A DNA stretch of 63,609 nt, the filler included, from Octopus bimaculoides (lineage: Eukaryota): assembly GCF_001194135.2 (NCBI RefSeq). It is 7 parts of 6 records of this genome, joined end to end, with 100 filler letters (N's around TTAATTAATTAA, not from the genome) between each part and the next. Parts side by side here need not be neighbours in the genome. Positions count along the whole stretch, not along the records: positions 20,899 to 50,929 come from NC_069000.1; positions 51,030 to 59,711 come from NC_068982.1; 5 more parts are not named here. The stretch is one strand, 5' to 3'. Shown here one piece after another: positions 37,369 through 51,169 of the stretch. The position numbers were made by a program, and so were the translations under genes. Below the pieces are notes generated by a model. It was not told where the DNA came from. It ran no database searches and saw only the letters and a program-made list of their open reading frames with translations. The stretch's first letter is position 1, and each line of letters starts with the position of its first letter.

Positions 37369-37969
37369 TAATATATATATAGATATATGTGTGTGTGTGT
37401 GTGTGTGTGTAGACACACAAAATTAACGTTAAGCATAAGATCGTTCATACGCCATATTCGTTGGTAATAGGAGTTAAAACCCTAACTAAACCACCGAAAA
37501 ACACTGATATATACGACAGAAAATAAACGTAAGCGGGCGAACGGTTAAAGAATTCAAAACATACATGTATATGCGTGTATATATATATATATATATATAT
37601 ATATNNNNNNNNNNNNNNNNNNNNNNNNNNNNNNNNNNNNNNNNNNNNNNNNNNNNNNNNNNNNNNNNNNNNNNNNNNNNNNNNNNNNNNNNNNNNNNNN
37701 NNNNNNNNNNNNNNNNNNNNNNNNNNNNNNNNNNNNNNNNNNNNNNNNNNNNNNNNNNNNNNNNNNNNNNNNNNNNNNNNNNNNNNNNNNNNNNNNNNNN
37801 NNNNNNNNNNNNNNNNNNNNNNNNNNNNNNNNNNNNNNNNNNNNNNNNNNNNNNNNNNNNNNNNNNNNNNNNNNNNNNNNNNNNNNNNNNNNNNNNNNNN
37901 NNNNNNNNNNNNNNNNNNNNNNNNNNNNNNNNNNNNNNNNNNNNNNNNNNNNNNNNNNNNNNNNNNNNN

Positions 37970-38018
<49 letters not shown>

Positions 38019-38534
38019 AGCATTCACACAACATTCACACGACATACTCAACCAGGAGGAGGAGGAGGAGGAAATATATGTTCTATACATAGCTATAGTC
38101 GGTAAGAAGGGATGTATTCACTTAGAAGATTAAATATTCGAATGATATAATTACCGAGCAGGAAACTAGTTTGATGTGCTAATCCGAGCACAGACATAAA
38201 GTTGGTGATGGCGGGAGTATGAGCAGAAAGAGGAAGAGTAAGCCAAGGAAGCTTTGATTGTTAATGTTTATAGGTGGAGGCTTCTCTCGATAGCCTATGG
38301 GTAAAAGAACAAGGTTAGTTTGAATATTATCGGTTAGAAGAGGAGATACCGATGTGGTAGACGTAATAGTAACAGTAGTAGTCGTAGTTGTAGTTGAGGA
38401 GGAGGAGGAACAAGAAGAAAAAGAAGAAGAAGAAGAAGAAGAAGAAGAAGAAGAAGAACAACAACAACAACAACAACAACAGCAACAACAACTAAAACGC
38501 AATGACATTTTATGGTTTTATATGGCACAACCCT

Positions 38535-38565
38535 TGGAGGCGCAATGGCCCAGTGGTTAGGGCAG
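38535..38565 (+). mobile_element. Isolated 31-bp head of SINE family D
   Basis: tggaggcgcaatggcccagtggttagggcag is identical to the reverse complement of 48954-48984. Confidence 0.7.
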
Positions 38566-38622
38566 TGTGTATATTTATATATATATATACACACACACAC
38601 ACACAGATACACATGTATATAT

Positions 38623-38670
38623 TTCTCTATTGGCAAGAAATCTTGAAATAAAACTGAACAATGACATACA
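38623..38670 (+). mobile_element. Terminal ~48 bp of the R4-like 'GTVKICKTF' 3'UTR
   Basis: ttctctattggcaagaaatcttgaaataaaactgaacaatgacatac matches 47694-47736. Confidence 0.7.
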
Positions 38671-39178
38671 CAGACGTAGATGTATGCTGGGTTTTTTGGG
38701 GGGTTTTTTCAGTTATTTAATTTGCTTTAGCTGGATCAACGAATTGGCTGTGACTTCTCTGCTTTGGATGTACACTTTTGAAGATGGGTGATATGGTATA
38801 CCTAATAGAAATGCATCTAGAAGAGAAAAATAATAAAACTATGAAGATTAGGAGAACGGAGATTTGCACATCCATATTTTGTTATACGGTTATTTACACC
38901 ATTCTTCATTCGGACCAAGTGACGAGTCATGTATTCATTAATTTTATGTAATTATATATATATAATTCTTTTACACGTTTTCGTTACTGGACACCGGCCA
39001 TCGCTTTTCGTGGTTTAATTGACCATATTGATGCCAACACTTGCTTTTCTATATTTAAGACTTACTTATCCCTTATCGCTCTGCTAAGTTGCGGGAGACA
39101 TATAAATGTAAACACAAGCTCAGACACAAATACATATATATGTGTATATATGTATGCATATATGCATATAAACATGTG

Positions 39179-39234
<56 letters not shown>

Positions 39235-39984
39235 AACACATATATATATAGATGAATATATATATATATATATATACATATGAATATGTATCAAGTTTAG
39301 TTTTTTCCTCGTTATATATGTACGCGCGATACATATATGTGTGTCAGTGTCTTTCTCTGTCTGTTTGGATGGATGGATTGATGGATGGATGGATGGATGG
39401 ATGGATGGATGGTTGGATGGATGGATGGATGGATGGATGGATGGATGGAATATTCCATGTTTCAGGACTGGCTGATGATGCAGTCCCTTGCTGTTCTGAA
39501 CCTTATAGGGTGTTGAGAGTTAAGTAATGCCAAATAAAATCTACTCAAGAAATGACAATCCACCGAAATAAATAGAGCTATGTGCAAATTTCCGAAGAAT
39601 TGAAGGACACTGTACGTGATAAACTAACAAAATTACATAAAATGCTGTAAATATCATACAACAACAACAACAACAACAACAGACAATACGAAGAGCGCGA
39701 TGCAATTGCAATAGATATTTTATAAGTTGAACGATATTTCGACAGCAAGCTTCTTTTTGTTGAGTTCAAAATGAAAAGTGATAAAAATTCAAAATTATAG
39801 AAATTCAAATCCAAAATCTGAACGAGAGCAACCAGCGTCCACCCGTTGATGGAATGACATCACCAGTTTTCAAAGTTCAATTTTACAACTCTTCGTATTA
39901 TCTATTTACCTTTGTGAAGAGTTACGTCAATCCTTTTAAAAGGTAAGAAGAAGAAGAAGAAAAAAAAAAGAAGAAAAAAAAGAA

Positions 39985-40511
39985 AGAAAATGCTTTCTAA
40001 TTGACGTATCAATACCAGCAGATGACAATGTTTCCCTAAAAGAAATGGAAAAACTTTCAAAATACNNNNNNNNNNNNNNNNNNNNNNNNNNNNNNNNNNN
40101 NNNNNNNNNNNNNNNNNNNNNNNNNNNNNNNNNNNNNNNNNNNNNNNNNNNNNNNNNNNNNNNNNNNNNNNNNNNNNNNNNNNNNNNNNNNNNNNNNNNN
40201 NNNNNNNNNNNNNNNNNNNNNNNNNNNNNNNNNNNNNNNNNNNNNNNNNNNNNNNNNNNNNNNNNNNNNNNNNNNNNNNNNNNNNNNNNNNNNNNNNNNN
40301 NAAAAACACCAGGACTTACAAATACATATAACATACAGAAAATTGCACTACTGGGCACTGCACACATCCTACGCAAAACACTTTCAATACAGTAACCATA
40401 GGAGCATCACAGCAAACCACAGCACATACCCAAGGCACACAGAGCTGCGCTCGGTAGTGAAGTGAAAGCACGTTATAAAAATAAAACTACTGAACAATAA
40501 TAATAATAATG

Positions 40512-40570
<59 letters not shown>
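39985..40570 (+). mobile_element. R4/Dong-like RLE element 3' end (second sub-family) with (AAT)n tail
   Basis: KCFLIDVSIPADDNVSLKEMEKLSKY-[gap]-KTPGLTNTYNIQKIALLGTAHILRKTLSIQ* (RLE DxxxP...EKxxKY and LLGTAHILR terminus); ~100-bp 3'UTR, then (AAT)n. Confidence 0.9.
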
Positions 40571-40572
<2 letters not shown>

Positions 40573-40574
40573 TA

Positions 40575-41060
40575 CATTGTTTTGTCTTGGTACAAAAGAT
40601 GAGCTACAGCAAATATTCTGCTCAATACTACAGATTTGCTTGTCATGTGTTTGACCTTAACCAGTTGGGAATCTCCTTTGGAGGCTGATGAGATGTACAT
40701 CTTTGATCACAAGCAGAAGTAGTGGAGGTGGGGCATCATAGCCATCTGTTGAGAGGAATTCTTTGCGGTTTGAATAATTCACTTCTGGGAACATGGGTGT
40801 TTTGTTCATCATCCTTAAAACAAACTTTATTCAGGGACTTTTTCAGCAGGATGGGCTATTCGACCTGAAGAAAATTCTAACTGAGCCCCACCTGCAAGGT
40901 CATGCGCTATTTATCTTGATATGAGATCACAATATCGCTCACTTATGTGACGCATGTGCCTGGTGTACCCTTATCGGACGGGTAGTCATGAGGAGTATAT
41001 TGGGCTTCGTATATTTGTACCTCAATGTCACTTTCATAGCATACGCTGCTCTCTCAATAA
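40575..41060 (+). mobile_element. Unclassified retroposon family X, longest copy, followed by (AAT)/(AAC)n to ~41146
   Basis: 3' part homologous to 15901-16030 (-) and 61812-61930 (+); no coding motif recognised. Confidence 0.7.
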
Positions 41061-41064
41061 TAAT

Positions 41065-41130
<66 letters not shown>

Positions 41131-41399
41131 AATAATAATAATAATATAAAACAAATATATTTTATAAATTTATTTAAAATTATAGTATGCAGAAATTAAA
41201 AAATTAACGCCATAAATTAAATATACAAACTCTGGTAACTAAGATGAATGCGGTAGAAGTGGAGCAAAGGTAAAGGTTTATGAGTCAGTAAGGCATATTA
41301 TGCTCCGCTCGTCCTCGCTTCCCACTCTTAAATGTTTCAAGGACTGAACAGGGACTGCGTCTGCTAAAAGTATTCAACAATACCTCCACCTAGTTACAC

Positions 41400-42620
41400 A
41401 AATGTTGCAGGCTCAGGACGAATTGGCATGAGTCAAGTTTCAATTATTTATCCTGCTGAAGCAACTTCCGGATGCTGAGTTCTTTTGAAGCTATAACATA
41501 CTGATGATATTGCAGAATGTCAGTTTCTGCTGACAATGCAATACTCGAAATGGCATTCTCAAGGAATTAAATATAGCAAACTTGAGGTCGTAGTTCTTGA
41601 TGTTACTGAGCGTTCTTTGTTTTCGCTGGTGTATCTTGTCTTCTATCATCCCGAAAATTTTATTTCGGTGGCAACAGTTATTTTTTGATCCATTTGATGA
41701 ATCGTAGCGGTAGTATTGGGTAGAAAGGATATGTGCCTTATTTTGCTGGCATATGTTACAAGTTGATGACCATCTTGCTAAGCAAGTTTGTTACCTAAAC
41801 TTAGTACTGCCTTCATCTCATCAGTAGAAGGTTTGAAGGAATCTTCCGGGTATTTACGAACTTCAGGAAAATCAGCCATATACATGTTGAACTACAATTT
41901 CTTGAAATATAATGCACTGTGGATGGTGGCTGGTGGCTGGTAGACTATAACTTTTAAAACTCTTAGAAGACTGGCCCCACCAACATTACTAATTTTAAAA
42001 GGTGCTTAATGTTTGCATTCATACAACACAAACATAGACAACCGTCCCTTAACTAATTTACAGTCAAATGTGGAGATATTTTGGAGATAATTTATAAAAC
42101 CTTGAGCATTCCGACGTTGTAGCCGACATTTCAACCCTGTTTCATTTCCGTCGTACACTTGGGAAATTTGGAGATCTTCGTATATAACTAAATCATGTAA
42201 CCTCTTCGTGGATGGTTCGATTTCATTCTACTGCCTGCTTCACCATCAATAATTTTATTATTCATTCCAAGACGATATCTAAATCGTATCAGCCATCTGT
42301 AAGTAGTATCAATGTTTTTGATTCCCTATGGTTGCCTTGTCTGGCAGTAGCACTTTGCATTTCTATAGCAATGACGTTGTCACTACAGGATCATTGACGT
42401 ATTAACCACATCGTGACATTCTCCTCGACGCTGTTATCTTTTGCAGCTCTCACATCCTGTCTTGTATCAACAGATGATGATTTGGAATGTTTATCAACAT
42501 TACATTACGAAAGCATACCATAAGCTTATCCTTAGCCTGAGGAGAATTCATAACATTGCTTTATAATATCATGCATTCCATAAACATTTGCTACCTTATA
42601 AATCTTAATTTCATATAAAT
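41400..42620 (-). mobile_element. Degraded pogo/Tigger (CENP-B HTH + DDE_1) transposase pseudogene
   Basis: Minus strand RWLIRFRYRLGMNNKIIDGEAGS (cf. GWLxRFKxRxGI...GE) at ~42225-42298 and HISFLPNTTATIHQMDQKI (cf. FLPPNTTSxxQPMDQGII) at ~41680-41737; many stops; TIRs not found. Confidence 0.8.
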
Positions 42621-42743
42621 CTCAATTTTTGATTGAGTGATGGGGTTGCATATTTTTTCTTTAAGTTATTACTCTCTTTTGCTTCCTATAATTAGAAATG
42701 TTTCTCTCTCTCTCTCCTCCTCCTCCTCCTCCTCCTCCTCCTC

Positions 42744-42782
<39 letters not shown>

Positions 42783-43122
42783 GTATAAGCAAATCCTTTA
42801 AACTAATTAGCATAGTAAATATGGTCATTGATAACGTAATACAGTTTGCATTTTAGTATATATCTTCAAGGTCACAAATGAAAGTTACGCAATATCTGAA
42901 GATTTGATACTGTAATTTGCTTATTAGGTTTTCCTTGTGTAATAGATATTTTTCGTTCTTAATGAAATACATGTAAGATGACGTAACTAAATAATTTATG
43001 AACAACTGACACCGAGATGAGAATATGCCTTCTATACTCTTAGTGTGAAAAATCCTGGATCCTAAATTTCATTATAATTTTAATTCACCTGAAGAAAAGG
43101 TTTTTTTTACATACTTACATAT

Positions 43123-43172
<50 letters not shown>

Positions 43173-44904
43173 ATAGATGGATGAATGGATGGATGGATAT
43201 AATACATTCGGCAACTAACTTTACCGTAACCTTTAGTCAACACAAGCTTTGTGCATGCGTGAAAGTGTGTAGGTGGAAAATATTTAGAAGCTTGATGGAC
43301 AGTGCATTGTACTGCCTTCCATTTACAAAAAGATTGTGCGGAAGTATAGAATGAGCTCTCACTACCGAGACATTTTTAAATTGTAATAGTTTTCCGAAAT
43401 TTCTCTGTTTTTCTATGATCTAAGCAGCAGAGGTTTTGTATCAGTAAAACAAACTATGGAAAATTCCAACTTATGTTCCTTACTCTCTCCTCCACCTAGT
43501 TTCTGCATCGTATTTTGACTTTTTCTAGAAATTTATTTATGTATAGTGCGACAAACGCACACAAACACACATAGATATATGCACACAGACATATACACAC
43601 ACCAATATTTATACATACATTAGTACATCTATGCATGTTTGTGTGTGTGAATAAACGTGTTTCTTTAATTTGTGTACCCACTCGTGTGTGTGTGTGTGTG
43701 TGTGCGTGTGTGCGTACGTGTGTGTGTGTGTGCGTACGTGTGTGCGTGTGTCTGTGTGTACATACAAACACAGAGGCAGTATTGATACTGAGAGGTAATA
43801 TTTATCTCCACTTAAACATGGAAGTTCCATCAGAACAAACTCTACTGCGGTAGTTACCATGAAGAAAACTCTCTTATTGGCGTTTTTTTTTTTGGTGCAA
43901 GTATATATATATATATGTGTGTATGTATGTATGTATGTATGTATGATGCATTCAAACATAGATTCGTCGATGTTTTGAGCTAACGAACGAACCTCTTTGT
44001 TGTCGTTCTACCTCTTTGTAATAGCAGCATAATTTTGAAACTGTGCTTGGATAGCAAGTGATTTTATCTGAAACAATATGATGAAACTGAAACAATTAAA
44101 TCGTAAAGAGCTATTTTAGCCACCTAGAGACATCTTTTTAAAAAATCTGTTAAATTAAGTTTCATTTATTCCTTGAAGTCTCAGAATTTCTGCTGCACAG
44201 CAGTAACCTTATCACTGTTACTGTTCCACAATAGGAAATGAACGAAGAGATGTAAATATTCATTTTCTTTAATGACAAAATTGGTTTTTCCAAATTTTAA
44301 TTGCTATTCATAAGTAGATAAGTACCTACACACCTATCTATCCACCTACCTAAATGCCTACCTACCTACCTAAATACCTACCTGCCTACATACGTACATA
44401 CATACATACATACATACATAATTACATACATGCATACATATATATATATACGTATGCACACACGTGCATACATACACACATACATATCAATCTTTATATT
44501 ACGTAATACAAACACACACATATTCATAAAATAAGCTTAGCATTCTCTTCTTCGAGCCAGCCATAAAACCGGGCTTTATGTCTGTGTTCGAATTATACAT
44601 GCCAGTGTCTTTTATATACATTCAGCTTATGTGCAGTTTAATATTGACGGAATGTTACTGTTGCATGCTGTTGCTGCTGTCTGTCAGTGCATTTGCTGCA
44701 ACTCACTGCAGATTGTGACAACGGTCGATTTATAATTCAGATGCAGCGGAGAAGGGTTTAAGGTTGGTAATGGAGACATTGCACAGGAATGTGCGGCTGT
44801 TGAGACTTAAGCTTGCTAAACCTTAATGTAGCACGGTAGCCATAGCTGGTTGTATACGTGACATACGGTAGTGGATTTTTGATAACTGCTGACGTTGTGG
44901 TGGC

Positions 44905-44964
<60 letters not shown>

Positions 44965-45466
44965 TGCAGACTTGGTTGTACCCGTGGTATTGATGGAATT
45001 TATAACGATAGACAAATAAGTTAAAGAATATGTTTGTGTGCGTGTGTGTGCATGTGTGTGCGTGCATGNNNNNNNNNNNNNNNNNNNNNNNNNNNNNNNN
45101 NNNNNNNNNNNNNNNNNNNNNNNNNNNNNNNNNNNNNNNNNNNNNNNNNNNNNNNNNNNNNNNNNNNNNNNNNNNNNNNNNNNNNNNNNNNNNNNNNNNN
45201 NNNNNNNNNNNNNNNNNNNNNNNNNNNNNNNNNNNNNNNNNNNNNNNNNNNNNNNNNNNNNNNNNNNNNNNNNNNNNNNNNNNNNNNNNNNNNNNNNNNN
45301 NNNNNNNNNNNNNNNNNNNNNNNCGATGTTAAATTGAGAACGGAAGAATTAAGATATTAAAACGGAGACAGCATTTGGGAGAATGGGAAAAAAGGGGATT
45401 GAGTGAGTGACAAAGAGGGTAAGAATATGTGAAAAGAAGGTGAGTTATTTGTAAGATGGACAGAAG

Positions 45467-45540
<74 letters not shown>

Positions 45541-46169
45541 ATAGATAGACTTTAAAATTCTAAATAGAAAATCTTGTTCAATAAAATCTTAAACAAAAGA
45601 GCACATAAATCAACCATTTGTTGAATAAGAAGGATTATAATCAATGCTTATATAACACGTTACAGCAATGAAACAATATGGCGCAATTGTCGTCTGGTGC
45701 TTCCATATAAAGAAACTCATACAATTTTACAAATAAACATCATATCTGCCATTTCAGATCACAGAGCCCGTTCAACGAAATTTAACAAACTTCAATGAAA
45801 CGATTGCCAGTGAGTGAGTGGAGAGGGGTGTTGGGGAGGTTCTCTTACAAATCGTTTTAACCAGTTATGAATATTGAAAAGCAAGTATGAAGTTCATAGC
45901 ACTTGGATTTAGAGAAATGCAATAAATGTTTTGGAGCTTAATAACCGGCTAATTGACCTCTTAATTACAGTAGATTTACTTTTGTTGTTTATTCCTTAAT
46001 TCTTTATATGAATGTGTGTGTGTGTGTGTGTGTGTATCTATATCTATATATACATGTAGATGTAAGTATGTACATACATGTACGTATATATGCATATACT
46101 CACATATTATGTATATATATATATATATATGCATGTATGTATATGTATATATATATATATATAGTTGAA

Positions 46170-46330
46170 ATTTACAGAAAAACAAAAGACGAAGACAGGT
46201 GTATAAACAACAAGCAGGTGAATTAGCTTCACGCTCGAGGTGAGAAAGTCTTTTACATTTCGAGCCTACGCTCTTCAACAGAAAGGAACACGATGAAATA
46301 AACAGAAATAAACACAGAGAGAATAAAAAA
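46170..46330 (-). mobile_element. Probable Penelope-like terminal-repeat fragment with a degenerate hammerhead-like motif
   Basis: Minus strand cttt-CTGTTGA-A-GAGC-gtag-GCTC-GAAA-T-GTA-aaag at ~46250-46285; PLE link is inference. Confidence 0.45.
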
Positions 46331-47360
46331 AACTTTTATATATTTTTCTGAACTGCCATGTTAGCTTGGCGATAACTATTAATATCCAGTACTGCTACCG
46401 TAGTCTCTTTTAGAGAGACTTAGAAATATCTATCTATATATNNNNNNNNNNNNNNNNNNNNNNNNNNNNNNNNNNNNNNNNNNNNNNNNNNNNNNNNNNN
46501 NNNNNNNNNNNNNNNNNNNNNNNNNNNNNNNNNNNNNNNNNNNNNNNNNNNNNNNNNNNNNNNNNNNNNNNNNNNNNNNNNNNNNNNNNNNNNNNNNNNN
46601 NNNNNNNNNNNNNNNNNNNNNNNNNNNNNNNNNNNNNNNNNNNNNNNNNNNNNNNNNNNNNNNNNNNNNNNNNNNNNNNNNNNNNNNNNNNNNNNNNNNN
46701 NNNNNNNNNNNNNNNNNNNNNNNNNNNNNNNNNNNNNNNNNNNNNNNNNNNNNNNNNNNNNNNNNNNNNNNNNNNNNNNNNNNNNNNNNNNNNNNNNNNN
46801 NNNNNNNNNNNNNNNNNNNNNNNNNNNNNNNNNNNNNNNNNNNNNNNNNNNNNNNNNNNNNNNNNNNNNNNNNNNNNNNNNNNNNNNNNNNNNNNNNNNN
46901 NNNNNNNNNNNNNNNNNNNNNNNNNNNNNNNNNNNNNNNNNNNNNNNNNNNNNNNNNNNNNNNNNNNNNNNNNNNNNNNNNNNNNNNNNNNNNNNNNNNN
47001 NNNNNNNNNNNNNNNNNNNNNNNNNNNNNNNNNNNNNNNNNNNNNNNNNNNNNNNNNNNNNNNNNNNNNNNNNNNNNNNNNNNNNNNNNNNNNNNNNNNN
47101 NNNNNNNNNNNNNNNNNNNNNNNNNNNNNNNNNNNNNNNNNNNNNNNNNNNNNNNNNNNNNNNNNNNNNNNNNNNNNNNNNNNNNNNNNNNNNNNNNNNN
47201 NNNNNNNNNNNNNNNNNNNNNNNNNNNNNNNNNNNNNNNNNNNNNNNNNNNNNNNNNNNNNNNNNNNNNNNNNNNNNNNNNNNNNNNNNNNNNNNNNNNN
47301 NNNNNNNNNNNNNNNNNNNNNNNNNNNNNNNNNNNNNNNNNNNATATATATACACGCACG

Positions 47361-47736
47361 CAGAGGGTGCGAAATTGGGCTTCTCAAAACCAGAAGGGAG
47401 AAAGTTGATTCGAAGACTACAAATCCAGTCCAGCGCTGGAACTGTAAAAATCTGTAAAACTTTCCAGAAATTTATCATTTAAATATATATGAGCATGTCT
47501 AGATATGCATGAGAAGATATACATAAAGCAAAACATACAAATCTATAAGCATACATACATACATACATGCATATATGTATACATACATACATACATACAT
47601 ACATACATACATACATACATACAAAAATATCCAGTTGTTGATATTGAAATTCTAATGAAGAAGGCTTGTATCTAGGTTAGAAACCGGCTCGTTCTCTATT
47701 GGCAAGAAATCTTGAAATAAAAATGAATACTAACAT
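47361..47736 (+). mobile_element. R4-like RLE element 3' end ('GTVKICKTF' sub-family) with (CATA)n inside the 3'UTR
   Basis: KLGFSKPEGRKLIRRLQIQSSAGTVKICKTFQKFII* (stop 47480-47482). Confidence 0.85.
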
Positions 47737-47759
47737 ACACACACACACACACATATATA

Positions 47760-47809
<50 letters not shown>

Positions 47810-47965
47810 GTGCGAAACTAAGTAATATCATCTGGTTGATAACTGATGAAGAATTAGGGACCTTCTGTGTCTGTCTTCCGTTCGTTTGTGCACTCAATAT
47901 ACGTTATACACATACATACACACATGCATACACACATACATTTATATCATAGATATATACACATA

Positions 47966-48003
<38 letters not shown>

Positions 48004-48610
48004 CAGAGTTTGTTAGAATTCAAAAGCATAAAACATAAATTTCTCTATAAATAGGCGCAGGCGTGACAGTGTGATAAGACGTTTTCTTCCCAATACAGGG
48101 TTCTTTTTGAAGCGCTAGTCGAGTACATCTGAGTTTTAATACCAGGTTATTAGTATCACTATGTTTAAACGAAATATTAAGATAAATGCATGGTGCATGT
48201 ATGTATGTATGCATGCATGCATGTATGTATGTATGTATGCATGCATGTATGTATGTATGTATGTATGTAATTTCAAAAAAATTGCAAGTGGCTCCTCGTA
48301 TCTAATGTGTGCATCTTCGCTTGCGCGTGTATGTGTATGTGTGTATGTGTGTGTGTTATTGTTTGCTTTTATGATCAGTTGTAATAAAAGCTATTTTACA
48401 TTAATCTGATAAGTTATTCTATACTCTTGTAGAGTGCAGATTTATTATTCTTAAACAAGAAAGAAACTTCGTTGGACGATGGTGTAACTGGCAGAAACTC
48501 GAAACTTCGAAGTCACTATTTAATAATGCTCTTGATTAAAAATTATGTGTGTGTGAGTGTGTGTGCGTGTGCGAGTGCGTGTGTTTGCGTGCGCGTTGGT
48601 GTTCGTAAAT

Positions 48611-48985
48611 GTTGGCACTCCGTCGCTTACGACGTCGAGGGTTCCAGTTGATCCGATCAACGGAACAGCCTGCTCGTGAAATTAACGTGCAAGTGGCTGA
48701 GCACTCCACAGACACGTGCGCCTCAGTTCTCACGGATATTCAGCGTGACACAGTGTGACAAGGCTGGCCCTTTGAATTACAGGTACAACAGAAACAGGAA
48801 GAAAGAGTGGGAGAAAGTTGCGGTGAAAGAGTACAGCAGGGTTCACCACCATCCCCTGCCGGAGTCTCGTGGAGCTTTAGGTGTTTTCGCTCAGTAAACA
48901 CTCACAACGCCCGGTCTGGGAATCGAAACCGCGATCCTATGACCACGAGTTCGCTGCCCTAACCACTGGGCCATTGCGCCTCCAC
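48611..48985 (-). mobile_element. tRNA-derived SINE family D, intact, 11-bp TSD
   Basis: Reverse complement: tggaggcgcaatggcccagtggttagggcagcg...ggtttcgattcccag (A/B boxes); TSD tgttcgtaaat at 48600-48610 and 48986-48996; 3' ~180 bp shared with family C. Confidence 0.92.
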
Positions 48986-49392
48986 TGTTCGTAAATATAT
49001 TTGTCATTAATCACATGTATCAAATTGTTACTATGCATTACGTGAATGGGACTGTGGATGAGACTGATGAAAGTGATATGACTAATTGAACTGAAGATAA
49101 CATCGCAGCTGCTGACTGACGCAAGAAATGAAAAACGGAATTTTCCGTAGCTCTTTCAGAGTAACACGACTTTGTGTGTCGTGTTTTCACCAGTCATCAA
49201 TAGAGAACCAACCGGCGACTCTGCCCTTCATTTCTTGTCCATATGCGACGAGGAGGTATTAGGGAAAATGGAAAATGATTGAATAGTATAGAAGGAGAAT
49301 AGACGGGCCTGAGTAAAAACAATGAGCACAAAAAGGGATTTGTCTGCTTGTAATACTTGACTCCATAGTTCTCTGAAAGAATACCGTGGGAC

Positions 49393-49798
49393 CAGCGCTG
49401 GATTAACCAATAAACAAAATAAGCACATGCTTAGGGCATCAATGGAAGGAGGAAACCACAGAAATGGTAAATGGTTTACAGCACAAAAGGAATCACTTTA
49501 AACTTGCTAAAATTATATTCGGAATTTTTTATTATCTCTACTGAGTATAGAAGCAACAGGATCTGGTCAAAGACTTTGCAATTAAAGAAGTAGGAGAAAA
49601 CTTTTCAAAAAAAATAAAGAGACAGTTAACGAAAATAAACGTTTTTTTCTTTTCTGTCTTATTGTTAGTTTTGTTTCATTCTGAAAAATAAAAATCTATT
49701 TTATGGTTTATTATTGTTTATATTTCGAATTACATATATAGGGAGCCGCCAAATTTTTTCAAGTGCTTAGGGCCTCTATGGGTCTTAATCTGACCCTG
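49393..49798. mobile_element. hAT-like MITE (406 bp)
   Basis: Imperfect TIRs cagcgctggattaa / cagggtcagattaa (reverse complement), 10/14 identical; degenerate 8-bp TSD cgtgggac / tatgggac; sub-terminal gtgcttagggc-like motif at both ends. Confidence 0.7.
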
Positions 49799-50373
49799 TA
49801 TGGGACCAATTGTAATGCTGAAAGCTAAAATGAAAGTAAATGTTCTAGTTGGGGAGGAGCTAAAACGGATATTACCAAAACCCTAAAAAAATAGAGATTA
49901 TTAGTAAAACCGTACAATCAACCTATTGACAACTAAAGACAGCACTCCCTAGTGAGAGAGTGACACGGTTTGCTGAAAAACTGAGGGCTCTCAGGGCTCT
50001 CACGTCTAACTTCAGAAGGACGAGGGGCGAAAGGCGCAGCTATCTGAATGTTGCTTGTAGGCTGTCGGAAAGAAAGGTCAAAGATTTCTTGGCGTGAGAA
50101 ATAATTTGAGACTTGGGGTGCTCTGACTCCCTTTAGAGAGCAGTTCCCAAACCAATTGAAGGTTAGTCCCTTTATTTGTTTATACACATTGCGCTTAATT
50201 TTCGGTTTTTCATATTTTATCAGGTTTTCACTCTACTCCCGATTGTTGTATATTTACATTCACACAAGATTTTCAGTCGTACTTTATGACATGCTCCTAT
50301 GTTATATGGTAGGCTATTATCGTCAATAAAGAAACTGTTGTTGTTGTTGTTGTTGTTGTTGTTATCATTGTTA

Positions 50374-50552
50374 AGGCGGCGAACTGGCTGAATCGTTAGC
50401 GCTGGATGAAATGCTTAATGGCATTTCACTAGTCGCTACGTTCTGAGTTCAAATTCCGCTGAGGTCGACTTTACCTTTCATCCTTTCGGAGTCGATAAAA
50501 TAAGTACCAGTTGAACACTGGAGTCAATGTAATCGACTCATCCCTTCCCCCA
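50374..50552 (+). mobile_element. SINE family B copy
   Basis: aggcggcgaactggctgaatcgttagc...gttctgagttcaaattccgctgaggtcgactttacctttcatcctttcgg...aagtaccagtt. Confidence 0.9.
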
Positions 50553-50680
50553 AACAACTGACAAGCAAATCTGTAGTATTGAGCTGAATATCTGTTGTAG
50601 CCCATCTTTTATACCTAGACAAAACAATGTACATATTATTATTATTGTTATTATTATTATCGTTATTATTATTATTATTA

Positions 50681-50729
<49 letters not shown>

Positions 50730-51169
50730 GTTCGTATCGGCAAGAAGTCCGGATCGGCCGTGAATTCGTTTGCTTCTATATATATATTGTTAAATTTTTG
50801 TTACATACCGTCTTCTTAATCTAATCAAAACCCCACGGAGTAGGTTGATTTCCCTGTTCTTGTTTGTTTTTCTTGTTTCTTTGGCGCTCAAATTGGTAGT
50901 AAAATGTTTCAAATTTTGTTTTGAAAATCNNNNNNNNNNNNNNNNNNNNNNNNNNNNNNNNNNNNNNNNNNNNTTAATTAATTAANNNNNNNNNNNNNNN
51001 NNNNNNNNNNNNNNNNNNNNNNNNNNNNNCATATGTACATGTAATATACATATATATATGTACATATGAATATAGACATATATACACACATATTTTTATT
51101 CACACACATACACATATATGCACACAAACACACACACGCACACACACATATATAGAGCACATTACTAAG

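Noticed and set aside
47812-47855. GAAAC..GTA followed by CTGATGA (type-II hammerhead order); a similar motif lies at ~62665-62710 (-)
   Set aside because: Stem II (first case) or stem I (second case) cannot be formed. Possibly decayed PLE termini, but not supportable as ribozymes.
48900-48985. Functional tRNA gene (also the SINE heads at 2505, 10850, 25560, 36670)
   Set aside because: A/B boxes are present but continue into multi-copy SINE bodies with TSDs; no complete acceptor stem verified.
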